From contig QPGO01000017.1 in assembly GCA_008632985.1 (NCBI GenBank), forward strand, positions 1 through 64,000: DNA of 64,000 bases, written 5' to 3'. Origin of the DNA: Psammoneis japonica. Lineage: Eukaryota. The notes below the pieces were generated by a model. That model did no database searches. It worked only from the letters and a program-made list of their open reading frames with translations, and had not been told where the DNA came from. This document shows positions 37,901-49,083 of this stretch, in pieces; within the stretch, counting starts at the first letter, position 1, and the number at the start of each line of letters is the position of its first letter. The position numbers and the translations under genes are program-made.

Positions 37901-39005
37901 ATCATCCATCGGTGGAGTCAGATCACAATGTGTTGGCACCACGGGGATCAATGAGGAGGCAGTTGACACCATGTTGGATGGCATGGATTCCAGCTGGCAT
38001 CATCCTTTGGTCAGTGTGCATGAGGCCAATCAATTGATGGCTTGTGCAAAGGAGTGTGTTGGAACATCATGGTGCGATGCAGCTTTCACAGGACAGACAC
38101 AGACAAAGTTCTTGCGGCAAAGGATGCACTGACAACTGTTGATGACGTGTTGAATTTGCACTTGCAGCTGATGATTGGTTGTGGGTCTTGTGCTCGCTTT
38201 TTAGCTTGCGCATCCGGTTGACACAGCAATGGTGACAATGGCGCTCAAAATGTGTTCGCAGCCCAGAGCATGCCGTGAGTTCAGGGGGGTCAATGAGACC
38301 AAGCAGGGAGACCAAGTGTGCATCAGCCGGCAAGCCGTGAAATTCCAACACACATTGTCTGATGCATTTTTGAAGGTTCTTGTCCACACTGAATGTTTCA
38401 GATGGCACACCTCGCCCCCAAGAACGTCCATTGCTTTTGTGTCAAACTTGCAGCGGCTGTCACCGCTTTTCTCGTTTATCCTCGGCAGAGTGATTCAAGC
38501 TAGGAGACAAGACACAATAGGACCAAATCCAATGGGCAGGAGTGGAGATGGCTTTGCTAGCGCTGTAGGAAGCCCTTCTCCCAAACCCAAGCTGGACGGC
38601 AGGTTGCAGAGCAAACACGTGCGAGCAGACTTTGGCTCACGCTTTTTCGAGTGCTTTTGGCGAAAAAAAAAAAAAATTACGCGAAAGCCTCCCCCTTCGC
38701 AATTTGCGCAGGCTTGTGCACTGTGCACTTCACTGCGCAATGTGCAGAGTTAGTGTTGAGTGCGTTGTTCTTCTCCATACTCTCTCGTTTAGTGCCGGTC
38801 TGCAGAAATCCTTAGTAGATGTTCATGGAGGAGGAGGAACTGTGAAAACGACAGTTGTTTTGAGAGGCAAAGCTTCTGAAGAAGGGTATATTCGCTGGTG
38901 TCGTGTCTAACTGTCTAACGCCACTCGGTGTTCCACATACCTACTCCTAGAGTAGGAACATTTTTATTGCGTTGATTGCACTTCCTGCTCACGAATCACG
39001 CGAGA

Positions 39006-40751
39006 ATGGGGAGCTATCATGGTATCGCCGCGAAAAGCAGGCGAGAGAAGGATGATGCCATGACCTGTCCTGTCTGCAAGACGAGCTTTCTGTCACCTGT
39101 GAGTATATACCCTGTCTGACTGCTCTGTGGCCTTGCAGTCCCTCATGAACGACTAACGTTGTCGCTTCTCTCAGAAGAAGGAAAAGGGTGAGCTTTTGAA
39201 GCACGTTATCAAATGTTCGGCGTTGCCAAACTCGTCATCTGGGACTGACGAAAAGAACGTGAGTTCCCAGCTTGTGGGGTCAACGGAAGCTCACACACAA
39301 TCATGTTCAGAAATAGGTGCTGGTATCCATTCCGAAACTCTTGACCACTCGGGCGGTGAACGAACAACATTCACGTCCGTGGCTCAGTATTCAGGTGTGA
39401 GACCGACGCGACGCCAAAAGAGTCGAGAAGTAACTTCGGATCAAATTGGTCGACACGAACTAAGGAGACGTAGATCCGCCGAATCGGCTCCATTTAAATG
39501 CCCTGAATGCCACAAACAGTTTCCTGCGGCAGTGAGTGTCCTTCTCTGTGCACATGGCCATGCAGGTTATTTCGTTTTGTAACAAATCCTTCCCTCATTC
39601 TTTTGTGATGTTTACGCCAACTACGTTGCAACAGAAATACACCGATGTTGACAACTTGGAGAAAGCTATTGTAGCACACATGATGAAATGCTCTGCTTCG
39701 AATGGAGCTGGTGCTAAAAAATTTGCGGAGCGGGAGGCAATCGAAGTAACAGAATTCCCCTCCATCGCTAACTCGACTGCACCAGATCGGAAACGGCATG
39801 CGACGGCAGTGCCGTCTAAGAAGGCCAAGAAACGGCCTTTAGCCCGCGGATCTAGTGGTGTCGCTGTTCAAGATGAAGCAGTTCGCTGCGGAGAGCACAG
39901 CTTACCCGTGGCAAAGTTTCCTGTGAACTCAACAACATCCGCTGCTGATTCTTCCGCCTTGTTACCGGAAGAAGGAGGTTATGCCGCGTCAGTGGCGAAA
40001 CCTGTGCATGTAGTTGAGTCAGGTCACTTGCTTACGCAGACCTGGTGGAAAAAAGACCCACCAAAAGAGACGACCGATACTAGCCGACGATTACGAACCT
40101 CGTCGAAAGCTCTAGCAAAGTTCAACTTAGAAAGCTGCATTATGAAGGAAGCGAAAGGCTCTTTGGTGACGGAACGAAAGAAAGAAGTTGTTGAAGGGTC
40201 TACAGTGAGAAAAAGTACAAGAATACGAGAACGGCAATCGGAGGCTGAATTGAAGCTTTGTTGTCCTATCTGCCAAAGGGTCTTCTCACTTTCTTGGATG
40301 GTACGTGACGTAGATGTTGTTATTTGGTGTGACCCGCCTTATTCCCCTTTGTCGCGTGGTTATATTGCAACATTACGTTGACCCGCCGTTTCTCGAACTC
40401 TCTATGAATTGTGAACTCTCCTCCTCTCTGAAGGACATGAGTGAACAAGCTATGAGTATCCATATTTCACGCTGCAGAGCATTGCACCTTGGAAATTTAT
40501 CAGAGGGAGAAAAAAATGCTGCGATTCCGCACGGAAGAACTAGTGAGTCGACATTGTCCAGGCAAGGCGTGGCAGGCAAGGCTAAGCGAGTATCTGTCGC
40601 GGGACCATGTCGACGCAATGGCCAAGTCGGGTCGCGTCGAAAGCGGGGCGCTAGTGCCGCCGCTTCTGCAGCGCGAACCAGAAGCATGCAATTTCTTGGA
40701 GAGCGAAAACACCAAAGAACTGCGTACGATATACTTTTAGGCGGGTCTTAA
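39006..40751 (+). CDS. Protein with three C2HC (UBZ-like) zinc fingers; exons 39006-39098, 39175-39531, 39635-40300, 40434-40751
   Basis: Splicing at GT-AG sites joins CPVC..HVIKC, CPEC..HMMKC and CPIC..HISRC; all three introns are phase 0 and all exon lengths are multiples of 3. Confidence 0.75.
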
Positions 40752-40908
40752 CAATGGTAGGGCACATTGTCGAATATTTATTTACGCTCCTGCATATATG
40801 TCCTACCGGTATGCATTTTTTACGTTAAGAACGAGGTGACACCATTATTTGACTTATGTAGCAATTGAAAGACCACTGTCCATCCGCTTCAACGCAGGAG
40901 AGGGCACT

Positions 40909-42389
40909 TCACGACGACGCACAGAAGGCCGAGATAGCCTCGACTGCACCTTCGTGTGTATTTCCAGATGGCGCAGTTGGGCTGTAAGGACTTTGTCGCA
41001 ACCACAGCTGAGCAATCCATTTGTCATGCTTGGCATCCGCGGAGACAGCCTCCCCGCAATGTAGGGTACGAATGTCGAAGGGGCAGTTGTTGATGCCCCC
41101 CGCAGCTGGGAAAAATAGCAAGGCCGAGCCCTTCTTGGGCCTCCTGTATGCATAGAGAAGCCGGTGCTCAGGTCAGGTCCACCAAGGACTGAACAACAGC
41201 GACGAAAATTAGGAGCAGGTTCACTTACATTTTCAGCGGACCGTTGGTAGCCCCCAGGTCACGAAACATTGTCGCACCTCCTTCTTCGTCTGTCAAGTCC
41301 GCTAAGTATACCAGTAAAGTTGCAATTCGTTGACCACCGTTGGATACCTCATTCGGCGAAAGCGCGTCGAGATGCCATGTAAACTTTTCGGTGCGCCGAT
41401 AACTGGGGACAGGAAAGTGAAATAATATAAGGTAACGATGAACACAGAGTGACTAAGTGCACAAACATTATCGGTTTGGCGATGTCGTTTTCTCACCGTA
41501 CGGTTTGCGGTTCCTCCCAACAATCGATATTTTCCAACCCGAGAAGACGTGATGCCTTCGCCATGAGCTCAGGGACGTCCTTGTAATGGTGAAACCAGGT
41601 GGTACTGGTTCGCTGTGACTTGGCAGCATTGTCTTTCCCGACCGTTCTAGATCGAATTTGCATTGGACCTCCTTCAGGTCCAGACGGGGCTTTGGACATG
41701 GAAATGTACTTTTCGCAAAGTTCATCCGGCATGAAATTATCGATAGCAAGCACTAGCGGGTCAACGTGGAGAACTCTGAAATCTTTGAAAGTTTTGAGGC
41801 TTGAGAGTGGAAGTTTTGCCTTTTTCAATGATTTAGGCCCACTATTGTCCCCAGTGGCAACTGCAAGAAGATCTCCAAAGGAATCCCCAGAAGATGGATT
41901 ATTTAGAATATCGTCAAATTCGGAATTCTTCTTCGAACCGACGGACGACGTAATAAGCTCTTCAAAAGACACAGAAGTCTCCGATTCGCTCTGCTCCCCT
42001 GATTCGTAGTTGAACCGGGGAAAACCATAAATCTGCCCAAGACGATCCAAAATTTCAGGAGGTAAATCACCACCAGCGTCTTCGGAAGTCTCCCCTAACC
42101 AGGGAACAAGTGTCTCCCGTATGTTTGGTTCCAAATCAGGGAACACGGAATAATCGCCGTCAAAGTCTGGAGTTTTCGGCTGGGAGGTCTTTCCGAAGCC
42201 ACCAGCGCTTGCCTTTGATGCTTGCTTCTTCTTTTTCTTAGGGTTTTTTGCTTTTGCGCACAGCCTTGTTTCCGCCATAAAGATCGGTTGTGATGGAGGT
42301 CCTACAGTAAATGCATTTGTTGACCCCCGAAGGTATACCAGTGCCATGATAGCCCCAGTGATGCAATTGTGTTTCCTGAGATGATCCAT
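40909..42389 (-). CDS. Prolyl 4-hydroxylase-like 2OG-Fe(II) oxygenase, probably plastid-targeted; exons 42389-41497, 41402-41229, 41143-40909
   Basis: DPLVLAIDNF, RTSTT, EEPQTVRY, WHLD (HxD), GQRIATLLVYL, GGATMF, TLHCG, KWIAQLW; leader ending TNAF. Confidence 0.88.
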
Positions 42390-42754
42390 TGCGAAATGGG
42401 CACCTTTGGATGACAAATAGATATGGTATGGTGGGACTTAAGTGGTGTCAATGCTGCTAACTACTGCCTGATATGGCAATCGTTGTGTTGGCTTGATGTT
42501 CAATGTGTGATGGTGATGGGGCTTGTGGCTTGTGTCTTGCTTGTTGTGTCGCACACTGCTGGGTGGTGTCTTTGTGCGTGTGTCTGCTCCTTTTCAAAGT
42601 TTGTTTGGCGCTCGCCGATCGCATCGCGCGAGCGCGGACACTGACCACTCGACGTCATGCTGATGTCATGCCACGTGACGTGGGCGAAGCAAGACCCGCC
42701 GCCACATTTTTCTCTTTGTCCAGTCTGTTGTTGTATATTATAAACAACTTTCTC

Positions 42755-43569
42755 ATGACGATGTTGAATGGTTTTTTGTTTGCTTATGCCTTAACGGTGG
42801 TTCCAAGTAGCTTAGCGTTCCTTGTGGATTACGGGTCTTCGAAGGGGAGAGCCAATTCCATTCCCAGACTCTCTTTGGAAGGGACGGCAATCAATGAGGT
42901 TGAGAGTATGGAGCGGGGGCATGTTGTAAATATTTCGTATGAAGGGCGTGAAGTTGATGTTTTGGTGGAACCTGAAGAGACCATTTTGTCCGCAATCGAA
43001 AGATCTCATGTTGCTGATCGATTAGCTATTCATTCGGTTCCATTTGATTGTAGACGGGGAAACTGTTTGACATGCACCGCAACTCATGCACATGACAGTG
43101 AAGAATCAAGTCTCAAGGTTAGTAGTATGCCGCTGACATTCTTGATGTGTTTGCATCAACTTATTCTCCGACTCGTCTCTTCGTACAGCGTGGCATGGAC
43201 GGTCTGTCACCAAATATGTCAGAAGAAGTCAAAAATAGAGGCTATGTGTTGACATGTTCAAGTCGTGTAGTTGGAGATGGTCTCAAGCTCACGCTTGGAC
43301 AGAACAATGATGTCTGGCAAGAACTTCATTGTTCGCGTTTCAGAGAAGAAGCGTCTCAATTAACAAGGAGAGAGGTACGAGTTGAAGATCAAAGGGGCTT
43401 GATGCACTGAGGTAAAAACGAAACTTACCCAACTGCGCCATACTGTTTCTTTCACACTCAATTTACTCTATAGGCAAGTGCGAGGGCAATGCGTTTGGCA
43501 GCCGAACAAAACGTTCCAAAGTGGACCAGAACGACAGAGAGGGTATTGGAAAGCAGTCCAGAGCAATGA
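42755..43569 (+). CDS. 2Fe-2S ferredoxin-like protein, probably plastid-targeted; exons 42755-43117, 43189-43374, 43474-43569
   Basis: PFDCRRGNCLTC...YVLTCSS; leader ending SSLAF. Confidence 0.85.
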
Positions 43570-43684
43570 ACCGCAGACTCGAACAACCAGAGTAGTAGCC
43601 TATTGCAGGGTTGGCAGTGACTCGCTCATAAAAGAGAGATGTTAAAAAAACTAGATTACACGTCTTTTTTGCCGGAAGATCCTA

Positions 43685-46492
43685 TTAAACGACTGGGGCT
43701 GGACCGCCACTCGGTGTGAAGGCATCAATCGTCGCTTTCGGCCACCTTGTCCACAAGATTCTGTTGATCTGTGGAGCGAGTTTCATCTCAACAACTAGTT
43801 TCTGCCTGTCCTTTAAACGAAAATATGGAATCCAATTGTCTGCTGTCTCTGCATGCGAGCCAAGGTCAAACCTCCATCGTTGATACTCTTTTGGGTAGAA
43901 CTTCGCATCCTCCGAGTTCACCCGCACCCGATCTATCTCGTCCTTCGTAATGATACTTTCTGTGTCCTCAGCCCGAGGTTCGTTTTCACCCGAGCTCGCC
44001 ACCAGAATACTCTTCTGACGCCGCCTCAGAAGGATTGAATCAGACACAGTCTGCCTTAATGGAGACGAGCTCAGCTTCCTTTGAGTGGGTGCTACCCAAG
44101 CGCCTCGCGCTGTATTCACGCGCATCCCAGTCCGGTGCCTCTGGCCGTACCAGCAGTTCCAATGAGTAACCTGAAACGTGACTCCTGGTTTGTCCAAATC
44201 GCTTACAACGCCAGAGTTGTCCTTGGGCGGGTTGACCCATAACACCGAGTAGCTCGTTTCGCCACGGAGAATCCAAACATTTCGTCCAGTCTCTTCGAGA
44301 GCTCTCCCGATCTCGCCTCGTTGGCCGGAAAGCAGTCCGACTTGAAGAGCGTTGGTAGACCATCCCTTCAGTTCAGAGTAAACTTGCCCCGTCAGCACCA
44401 GGCTGAAAAGTTCAATCCCGATACACTCATGCCGAAGTGGTGAGGTATCGATGAATTTCGCCTTCGACCGAATGGCAGGGGACGGCGGTGGTTGCGCTTT
44501 CCAGCGCTCTACGCAATCGCACGACACGAGCGACTTGTTGTTCTGCGGAAGTCCAAGTTTCTTTCTAGACCGACGAATCATAGACTCGACACAGCTCTTT
44601 CCGTGGATACGAAGAATTGTTTCTAGAAACAAGGCGACTCCACCTCTCCCCATAAAGGAGCGCAAATTGCTGCGAACGTAAGAGCGAATGTCGTAGATGC
44701 TGGAGAGTGACGTCGCGATCTGCATTCGTTTTCCAGCGTCTGCGCCCTCGGGAGGATGACCATCGTCGGTAGCAGTATCCTCGTCCCAAACCGAAGTGGG
44801 ACACAGATGTAGTCTACGTTCAATCGTTTGCTCCGTCATTGAACGACAGTCACCATCGCCTTGTTTTCTTTTATCAATGACCCGTTTCTTCCGATTCATG
44901 GACGCTTTTGCGGCGATGAAGATTAGTGACGACAGGGCATCAGTTAACCTTGAATCAAACTCCCGCAAACGTTCTTCTTGGGAGAGCTCGGCAAAGGGCC
45001 TGCGGTCAGCATTGCAATCAACCTGTGCCCCTTGTATCGAGGCGCCAGTATACATGAGAGCAGTAACAGCAGAAAGAATTGCTGTAACTCCCCGGCAATA
45101 ATAGGGCGCGAACTGGGGAGATTTCGAAGCGCCAGCTCGACTCTGCCGCCATCGAATCAACGCAACTTCTTCCTGTGGAGGGTTCTTCGTCACGAGTCCC
45201 GTCCCACACGGTGACATGGAGAAGCCAGCATGCAGCCAGGTTGAAGGGATTCCAACTTGAGAGGAGGAAGCGGAATTCTCCTCATTAACCACATCGTTGG
45301 CATTGCTTTCACCGGCATTTGCCTGTTTGCCCCATAACAACGTTTCTGGTTTTTGAAGCGAAGCAATGTCCTCTTCGAAAACCCATTCATTTTCACTGAG
45401 GTCATCATCATGACTTGCATCGCGCTTTGCGCGTGTAGAAGCGGCTTGTTTGGAACCCTCCTGGGCGTCAGCGCTATCTGATACAAAACGACGGACCCTT
45501 TCGCCCTCCTGTAAGTGACGTTGCACATGACGCTGACCACCTTGGTCGATACGCTGGCTTCGTCTCTCTTCATTTGCTCCACCCCTAATAACGGCATCTT
45601 CGTCGTCGGAATTGTTCCGGCGTCTTCGCGAAAGTTTCATTCTGCATCCATTGGCGGCTTCGTCGTCAGAAATTGACACACTCTCGCCGTGGTCTGCGTC
45701 ATCCGGAGCAACCTCAGCCGCATCCAAGTTGGGTACGGCAACTGCTTCAGGTGCATCATCCTCGTCGTTGTTTGGGTCTTGTCCGTCTTGAGGCTCTTGC
45801 TCTTCCTCCTGTTGCCCGTTTGCTCCCTGGTTGACGGCTTCAAACTGGCGGTCCAATCTCCTTCGCACCCGACGTTCTTCTTCGTTGGGCGGCCCCGCTG
45901 GAGGTGCCTCCCCGTCTTGTCGAGCCCCAGATACATCGTCGTTGTCCGCTTCAGCTGTCGCCTCGTCCTCCTCGTCGGCAGGGTCGTAACCGGCAGCAGC
46001 AAGCGCAGCTTCCTGAGCTTCCAAAGCAGCACCTTCTGAATAAAGCGAAGCAGCCAGCTCAATGTTTCCAGAGCTGGCCTCCAGAAGGTAGCGGGCCATC
46101 GTGACATTAAGTGGAATTTCATTCGCACCGTCACCTGCGGGATCCTCTTGAGAGTAATGGTCCCTCAGTCTCTCTAAGAGAGAAGCGAGTGCAGGCTCGT
46201 CAGCATAAAGCTCAGCCGGGTCGTCACCAGAAGCACTCTTCTTGCGACGGCGTTTACGACCACTTGAATTTTCAGGAGGAGCTTTCTTACGAGACCTACT
46301 TGAGCCAGAACGCGCGGGATCATCCGAGGACCTTTGAGCCGATGCCCTTCTGGATGCCGCACCACCACGTGCAGCTGCGGCCATGGGCGGTATCCACGGT
46401 TCATTCGCCGCAGCTGCTGCGGGTTGTTCCTGCCCTTCCGCTTCTCTCTTGTTTCTCCCTCGGGAACCACGACGACTCCGACGGCCGTCCAT
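43685..46492 (-). CDS. UBA-like plus MINDY-3/4-like (DUF4205) domain protein
   Basis: ~935-aa ORF from first ATG; ARYLLEASSGNIELAASLY (UBA-like); C-terminal SYSVLW and INRILWTRWPKA resemble MINDY3/4; family call tentative. Confidence 0.6.
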   Translation of the reverse strand: MDGRRSRRGSRGRNKREAEGQEQPAAAAANEPWIPPMAAAARGGAASRRASAQRSSDDPARSGSSRSRKKAPPENSSGRKRRRKKSASGDDPAELYADEPALASLLERLRDHYSQEDPAGDGANEIPLNVTMARYLLEASSGNIELAASLYSEGAALEAQEAALAAAGYDPADEEDEATAEADNDDVSGARQDGEAPPAGPPNEEERRVRRRLDRQFEAVNQGANGQQEEEQEPQDGQDPNNDEDDAPEAVAVPNLDAAEVAPDDADHGESVSISDDEAANGCRMKLSRRRRNNSDDEDAVIRGGANEERRSQRIDQGGQRHVQRHLQEGERVRRFVSDSADAQEGSKQAASTRAKRDASHDDDLSENEWVFEEDIASLQKPETLLWGKQANAGESNANDVVNEENSASSSQVGIPSTWLHAGFSMSPCGTGLVTKNPPQEEVALIRWRQSRAGASKSPQFAPYYCRGVTAILSAVTALMYTGASIQGAQVDCNADRRPFAELSQEERLREFDSRLTDALSSLIFIAAKASMNRKKRVIDKRKQGDGDCRSMTEQTIERRLHLCPTSVWDEDTATDDGHPPEGADAGKRMQIATSLSSIYDIRSYVRSNLRSFMGRGGVALFLETILRIHGKSCVESMIRRSRKKLGLPQNNKSLVSCDCVERWKAQPPPSPAIRSKAKFIDTSPLRHECIGIELFSLVLTGQVYSELKGWSTNALQVGLLSGQRGEIGRALEETGRNVWILRGETSYSVLWVNPPKDNSGVVSDLDKPGVTFQVTHWNCWYGQRHRTGMRVNTARGAWVAPTQRKLSSSPLRQTVSDSILLRRRQKSILVASSGENEPRAEDTESIITKDEIDRVRVNSEDAKFYPKEYQRWRFDLGSHAETADNWIPYFRLKDRQKLVVEMKLAPQINRILWTRWPKATIDAFTPSGGPAPVV

Positions 46493-46727
46493 CTCGTATT
46501 GTAAGGTAGGGACTGCTGTTCTTGCGTTTCCCAAGCTTTTCACAGCGGTCGTTGGAGCATTGTGATGAAAGCCGTTCCACTCTCACGAAAGCCTTGGCAT
46601 CTTTCACGTAGAGTTCCATACAGTTTCTACAGTACGAAATGAAGAGCGAGCGAGCGAGGAGGGCCGGCAGCCGTGTAAGTCCGTCGTCCGTCGTCCGTCA
46701 TGAGGAGAAGCGGTGTGAAGGCCCTGG

Positions 46728-46870
46728 TCCTCTACTCTACTACCGGTAGTAGTAGAGCTAGCCCTCTCTACTCTCTAGATAGATAGAGAGGGCCCTCTAC
46801 TCTGCTAGCTAGAGTAGAGGGTACTGTATGTTGTACTCTAGAGGCCTACGGATACTCTACTACTCTTGAA
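46728..46870. repeat. TA-rich low-complexity palindromic tract (CTAC/GTAG/CTAG)
   Basis: Perfect 16-bp palindrome CTACTACCGGTAGTAG at 46737-46752 and repeated CTCTAC/GTAGAG words. Confidence 0.75.
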
Positions 46871-46961
46871 AAAGAGAGACAAGAGGGTAAACTAACCGGT
46901 ACTGCACATTTAGTTTGATGCTTGATGTTATATATTATTCATATGTAATTGTAGTGCGTCT

Positions 46962-48155
46962 CTAACGCACAATCGTCATGGATGACCTGCGATTCCTGCC
47001 GGGTAGGTTCCATGCCTGGTTTTTGTGTTTGGCATAGAGCTCTTCGAGTGCCGTGATATACTTCTTATGCCACTCCTTCACCAGTTCTCCATCCGCATTC
47101 AAAGCCTCATCGGTCTTTCGATCAATATCCGGACGAAAACTCTTCCGCCTCTCGGCACTAAGTTTTGGGGGTTCAATAGGCGCACCCACCACCACCACAA
47201 CGGGTTTGCGTTCAGGCATGACACCGAGATCTCGCAGAAAGATGCTCCTTCCCTTGAAGATTGGCATGCCCAATCCAGCGACGCGGTGGACCATTTTCTG
47301 GATCTTCACTATCCAGTGGTTCTTCTCACCCGGCCGGTACACGTGATAAAGATCAGTCTCACCAAAACCAATCACAGGTACCAGACACGCCCCAGCCATT
47401 ATGGCCTCTCTGACAAAGCCCCTTCTCTTCCCCAATACCAACTGGATTGTACCGTCATCCGCCATGAGACTTTCTGCCGCTCCACCTACAACAACCACCA
47501 CGGCATTTCCCTCATCCTTCAGCACAGAACGAAACGTTTCCTTGGCGGATGTACACGCACCTAGACTGAGAAAGTACTCTCTTAAGAATGGAGTTGAGAA
47601 ATTCTGTGTCAAGGTAACCACCCGCCGATTAATGCCGGGAAAGAGCGATGAAAAGCCACGATCACCCCCACGCGCTTTAGAGTTCCGAACCAGACTCATG
47701 GTTCTGGCACCGTTCGTGGCAAACGCACCAAAGCATCCAACAGATATAATTCCATGCGGGTGATAGCCCAACACGTACTTTTTGTCTGCTGGTAATTCTG
47801 CTGTCTTGACCAGTAATAGTGGTAGGTAGTCGCACGAATAAGTCCACCAATCCAGATTACGAAGGAAGGGTCGCCTTGAACCATTCGTAGGAGATTGATC
47901 GATCAGCATAATATATGATAGGTACAATATCATGAAAACTGCTAGAACTCTGGAGTACAAGAGCAAGTAGATAGAGAAGCACCAACAACCAACGAGACTA
48001 GGAAGGATGAAGTACAAGCTGCAGCTAAACATACAAATCGTCTGCCAACGACGCTCCTTTGTGCTTCCGAAGCTTACCCCTCCCAAGACGGGTGCTTGTA
48101 TAATAACACTGCCATCCGCAATGCTTGGATGTGGCGCCATGGTAGGTGTTTTCAT
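46962..48155 (-). CDS. DGAT2: Type-2 diacylglycerol acyltransferase
   Basis: N-terminal TM hairpin, YLP, YHPHG, GGAAES, RRGFVREA, FGE, VVGAPI motifs. Confidence 0.92.
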   Translation of the reverse strand: MKTPTMAPHPSIADGSVIIQAPVLGGVSFGSTKERRWQTICMFSCSLYFILPSLVGCWCFSIYLLLYSRVLAVFMILYLSYIMLIDQSPTNGSRRPFLRNLDWWTYSCDYLPLLLVKTAELPADKKYVLGYHPHGIISVGCFGAFATNGARTMSLVRNSKARGGDRGFSSLFPGINRRVVTLTQNFSTPFLREYFLSLGACTSAKETFRSVLKDEGNAVVVVVGGAAESLMADDGTIQLVLGKRRGFVREAIMAGACLVPVIGFGETDLYHVYRPGEKNHWIVKIQKMVHRVAGLGMPIFKGRSIFLRDLGVMPERKPVVVVVGAPIEPPKLSAERRKSFRPDIDRKTDEALNADGELVKEWHKKYITALEELYAKHKNQAWNLPGRNRRSSMTIVR

Positions 48156-49083
48156 GATGTTCTCTTGTTCTTGAAGTTGCTGCCAGCTTTTGTTCTTCGG
48201 GTAGGCAGAGGGTGGAAGATGGAAGGATCTTTCCAAACAACCTGAAACTAAACCCGCCACCCGCCGCCAGGATCTTCAACGGGGGAAACCTGGTAGGAGG
48301 ACAGACGCCGTGGTCCTCTGCTCTATCTACGCTACCGGCAGGTTCTCTATGATATCTCGCACTTGCAACTACCGGTACTGTAACTCTTCACAATCTCAAG
48401 AATCAAAGAGCTTCGCTCTCTAGAGCATGTAGAGAGCTACCTGCTGCACCACTTTCCCTTCCCGGATATGACCCGGCCGCTCTTCAGTGCTCACACTTCT
48501 GCTGGCGTCTTTTCTCGCAAGGCAGTCTCCAGCCGAGGACGGACGGCATGATGGGAACTAGAGGTTGGGGCCTGACTTCTTGCCACCTGTTCAAATCTCG
48601 TTTCCAAGTGTATCTTCTATCTCCGTGTATTCTGCTCTTGCCCACGTTCGAATTGAGCGTTGCGCAAAGAGGGACGTGCATCAGCATCTTTAAATGTCCT
48701 GGAGAAACAAAAGAGTTATTACGCCATTTTATGTCGTATTTTCTTCAATGTATACGCGCTTTTTTGACAAATTCTTGATGACGAGAGGTATCTAATATCT
48801 TCAAGCAAAGAGTGATGTTCTTTCGTGACAAGTACAGTACCTAGGCCAGAACTGGTGGAAACACGCGCGAAGGGTTTGCCTCGCCACCAGAGGCGGGACG
48901 CCAATTAGAAGCAGCGTCGAGCATTGCCTGATATATGGTTACACCCCCCTCTAGTACTCCACCAGTCGAGCACACCTTACGGGATTACGTCAAGCTATTA
49001 GAAAAGCACGAATCGTGCATTTAAAAGTAGGAGCCATTCCTTAAACAATTATTGGTAGCATCGATGTGTGCGCAATACCGATG

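Larger units (their letters stand above)
34960..38450. other. TpA- and CpG-depleted decayed-repeat block D
   Basis: Same dinucleotide signature; contains a gag relic. Confidence 0.88.

Noticed and set aside
1544..38450. Several hundred overlapping Cys/His-rich ORFs in the four depleted blocks
   Set aside because: Loss of TpA removes TAA/TAG stops and Tyr codons in all six frames. The ORFs end mostly in TGA and overlap on both strands, so they are artefacts and not a recoded or Cys-rich gene family.
48770..48835. Possible C/D snoRNA (TGATGA followed by GGTATCTAAT, partly antisense to SSU rRNA)
   Set aside because: Complementarity is short and interrupted, and there is no canonical terminal CTGA D box.
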